Shown here piece after piece: positions 60,122 through 64,000 of a stretch of 64,000 bases of DNA. Position 1 is the first letter of the stretch. The number at the start of each line of letters is the position of its first letter. The notes under the pieces were generated by a model, which made no database searches, was not told the origin of the DNA, and was given only the letters and a program-made list of their open reading frames with translations. Origin of the DNA: the human T2T-CHM13v2.0 reference genome, Homo sapiens; the NCBI RefSeq assembly GCF_009914755.1, contig NC_060940.1. One strand, written 5' to 3'. A program made the translations under genes and the position numbers.

Positions 60122-61629
60122 CACTCGATTCCATTTGATGATTATTCCATTGGAGTCCACTTAGTGAATCCTTCAGATTCTACTCGAAGATGATTCCATT
60201 CAAGTCCATTCGATGATACCATTCAATTCCATTCGTTGATGCTTCCATTCAAGTGCATTCGATGATATCATTCGATTCCATTTGATGATAATTCCATGTC
60301 ATTCCATGCGATGATTCTATTCGATTCCATTCAATGATAATTCCATTCAGTTCAGTGATTCCTCTGGACTCCATTTGATGATGATTCCATTCAATGATTC
60401 CATTCGATTCTATTCGAAAATGATTCCATTTGAATCCATTTGATGATGATTCCATTAGATTCCATTTGATGATTCCATTCGATTCCATGCGACGATGATT
60501 CCATTCGATTCCATTTGATGATTCCATTCTATTGTATTCGATGATGATTCCATTCGATTCCATTCGATGATGATTGGATTTGATTCCATTTGATGATTTC
60601 ATTTGATTCCATTCGTTAATGATTTCGATCAATTCCATTCGATGATTCCATTCGATTCCATTCGATAATGATTACATCCGTGTCCATTCAATGATTTCAT
60701 TTGAGCCTGTTCGATAATTCCATTTGAGTCCAACCAATGATTCCATTCATTTCCATTCAATGATTCCATTCGAGTCCATTTGATCATTCCGGTAGGGTCC
60801 ATTCGATGTTGATTCCATTGGAGTGCATTCGATGATTCCATTCGAGTCCATTTTATGATTTGATTCGAGTCCTTTCGATGATTCCATTCGATTCCACTCG
60901 ATGATGATTTCATTCGAGTCCATTCGACACTTCCAATCGATTCCATTTGATGTTTCCATTCGAGTCCAATTGATGATTCCATTCAATTCCATTCGATGAT
61001 GATTCCGTACGATTCCATTCTGTGATGATTCCATGTGATTGCATTCAATGATGATTCCTTTAGATTGCATTCGATTGTGATTCATTTCGTCTTCATTCTA
61101 TGGTTCCACAGGTTTCCATTCGTGTCCATTCCATTATTCCATTCTATTCCATTTGATGATGATTCCATTCGATTCCATTCATTGGTGATTCCACTCAATT
61201 CCATTCAATGATTCCATTCCATTTCTTTCAACAATGATTCCATTAGTTTCTAATCGATGATCCACTTGATTCCATTTGACGACGATTCTATTCTTGTCCA
61301 TTCGATGATTCCATTTGATTCCATATCATGTTGATTCCATTCGATTCCATACGATGATGATTCCATTCGAGTCCATTCCATGGTGATTCCATTCAATTCC
61401 ATTCGATGATTCCTTTCGATTCCATTCGATGATGATGGCATTCGATTCCTTTCAATCATTCCCTTTGATTCCATTCAAAGGTGATTTCATTCAAGTCCAT
61501 TCGATAATTGCATTCGATTCCATTCTATGATGATTCCATTCGAGTCCATTTGATGATTCCATTCAATTCAAGTCAATGATGATTCCATTCGATTCCATTC
61601 GATGATTCCATTCAATTCCATTCGATGAT

Positions 61630-64000
61630 GATTCCATTCAAATCCATTCGATAATTCAATTCAAGTCCATTCGATGATGATTCCAATCGAATCCATTCAA
61701 AGATTCCATTCAGTTCCATTCGATGATTCCCTTAGATTCCATTCGATGATTCCACTTGATTCCATTTACGATGATTCCATTCGATTCCATGTGATGATTC
61801 CATTCAATTCTATTCAATGCTGTTTCCATTTGATTCCATTCGACCATGATTGCCTTTGATTCCATTCAATGACTCCATTCGGTTCCTTTTGATGATGATT
61901 CCGTTTGATTCCATTTCATTATTCCATTTGATTCCATTGGATGAGTCCATTCGATTACATTCGATTATTATTCCATTCGAGTGCATTAGATGATTCCATT
62001 CGAGTCCATTCGATGATTCCATTCGATTCCATTCGATGTTGATTCTGTTCAAATCCATTCGATGATTCCACTCGATTCCATTCGATGACTCCAGTTGATC
62101 CCATTCGATGATTTCCTTTGATTCCCTTTGATGATCATTCCATTTGATTCAATTCGGTGATTTCATTTGATTCCATTCAGTGATGTTTCCATTCGACTCC
62201 ATTCGATGATGATTCCATTCGACTCCATTCGATTATGATTTCATTCAATTCCATTCGATAATGATTCCCTTCGAGTCCATTCGATGATTCCATTCGATTC
62301 CATTCAACAATGATTTGATTCGTGTCCATTCGATGATTCCATTTGATTCCACTTGATGATGATTCCATTCGAGTCCATTTGATGATTCCATTCAATTCCA
62401 TTCTCCGATGATTTCTTTTGAGCCCATTCAATGCTTCCACTCGATTCCATATGATGATGACTCCATTCGATGAAATTCGATGATTCCATTCGCTTGCATT
62501 CGATGATGATTCCACTTGAGTCCATTAGAAGATTCTATTCATTGTTATTCGATGATTCCATTCGATCTCATTCGATGATGATTCCATTCAACTCCATTCG
62601 ATGTTTCCATTCGAGTTCATTCTATTATTCCATTAGATTCCATTCGATGATGATTCCATTCGATTCCATTTGATGATTGCATTCTATTTCATTTGATGAT
62701 GATTCCATTCGAGTCCACTCGATGATTCCATTCGAGTCCATTTAATGAATCCATTGGTTTCAATTCTATGATGATTACATTGGATTCCATTCGTTGATGA
62801 TTTCATTCGGTTCCATTCAATGATGATTCCATTCAATTCCTTTCAATGTTTCCATTCAATTCCATACGATGATGATTCCATTTGATTTGATTCGACAGTG
62901 AGCCATTCGATTCAATTCCATGATGATTCTATTTGATTCCATTGGTTGACATTTCCATTCGAATCCATTCGATGATGATTCCCTTTGATTCCATTCAAAG
63001 ATGATTCCATTCTAGCCCATTCAATCATTCCATTCGATTCTATTCAATGATGATTCCATTCATGTCGATTTGGTGATTCCATTTGACTTCATTTGATGAT
63101 GATTCCTTTCAAGTTCATTAGATGATTCCATTCGATTCCATTTGATGATGATCCCATTCGAGTCCATTCAGTGATTCCACTCGTTTCCATTCCATGATGA
63201 TTCCATTCCATTCCATTCAATGATTCCATTCGATTCCGTTTGATGATGATTTCATTCGAGTCCATTTGATGATTCCATTTGATTCCATTCGATGATGATT
63301 CCATTCGAGTCCATTCGATGATTCTATTCGAATCCATTTGATGATTTCTTTTGATTATAGTTGGTGATGATTCCATTGGAGTCCATTCAATGATTCCATT
63401 CGATTCCAATCGATGGTGATTCCATTAGAGTCCATTTAATGATTCCATTTGATTCCAGTCTCTAATGATTACATTCGAGTCCATACAATGATTCCACTCA
63501 ATTCCATATGATGATGATTCCATTCGATTCCATTCGATGATTCCATTCTATTCTATTCAATGGTGATTCCATTCAAATCCATTCGATAATTCAATTCAAG
63601 TCCATTCGATGATGATTAAAATCGAATCCATTCAAAGATTCCATTCAGTTCCATTCGATGATTCCCTTAGATTCCATTCGATGATTCCACTTGATTCCAT
63701 TTACGATGATTCCATTCGATTCCATGTGATGATTCCATTCAATTCTATTCAATGCTGTTTCCATTTGATTCCATTCGACCATGATTGCCTTTGATTCCAT
63801 TCAATGACTCCATTCGGTTCCTTTTGATGATGATTCCGTTCGATTCCATTTGATGATTCCATTTGATTCCATTGGATGAGTCCATTCGATTACATTCGAT
63901 GATTATTCCATTCGAGTGCATTAGATGATTGCATTCGAGTCCATTCGATGATTCCATTCGATTCCATTCGATGTTGATTCTGTTCAAATCCATTCGATGA
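61630..64000 (+). repeat. 1935-bp tandem repeat (one full copy plus a partial copy cut by the window end)
   Basis: ORF offsets 61674->63609 and 61810->63745 are 1935. ATTCCATTCAAATCCATTCGATAATTC occurs at 61631 and 63566. Confidence 0.82.

Larger units (their letters stand above)
1..64000 (+). repeat. Classical satellite II (HSat2/HSATII-type) pericentromeric tandem array, CATTC strand on +
   Basis: CATTCGATTC / CATTCGAGTC / GATGAT motifs in 23- and 26-bp monomers run from the first to the last base. Frequent TCGA and GANTC sites, plus the GATGAT spacer and scarcity of long (CATTC)n runs, fit HSat2 rather than HSat3. Confidence 0.97.

Noticed and set aside
253-63993. Numerous 60-193 aa ORFs, nearly all on the minus strand (MESNGIIEWNR-like repeats)
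   Set aside because: These are translations of the GAATGGAATC strand, which is ATG-rich and stop-poor. They overlap in several frames, have no recognisable domain and are broken by indels between copies.
1-64000. CRISPR-like array of 23-26 bp repeats
   Set aside because: Monomers are head-to-tail with no unique spacers, leader or cas genes.
1-64000. Assignment to a specific chromosome or HSat2 subfamily
   Set aside because: This needs subfamily k-mer classification or alignment to a T2T assembly and cannot be established by eye.

Overview
The whole 64 kb is one uninterrupted, single-orientation array of human-type classical satellite II (HSat2/HSATII). It is built from diverged CATTC-derived 23/26-bp monomers such as GATGATTCCATTCGAGTCCATTC and GATGATGATTCCATTCGATTCCATTC. 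I see no genes, RNA genes, transposons or unique sequence. The listed ORFs are repeat-translation artefacts, but they make useful landmarks. They show nested higher-order repeats: ~2.5 copies of an ~11.8-kb unit (1-30210), a 3632-bp in-register jump back, then a rearranged ~9.9-kb unit (4.13 + 5.77 kb halves) containing a near-perfect 6111-bp tandem duplication. A 1935-bp period begins at the right edge. Diagnostic variants point to unequal exchange, conversion tracts and a templated patch. I found no evidence of a new coding or enzymatic system; the interest lies in satellite architecture and evolution. Periods come from ORF-track offsets and manual spot alignment, not a computed alignment.
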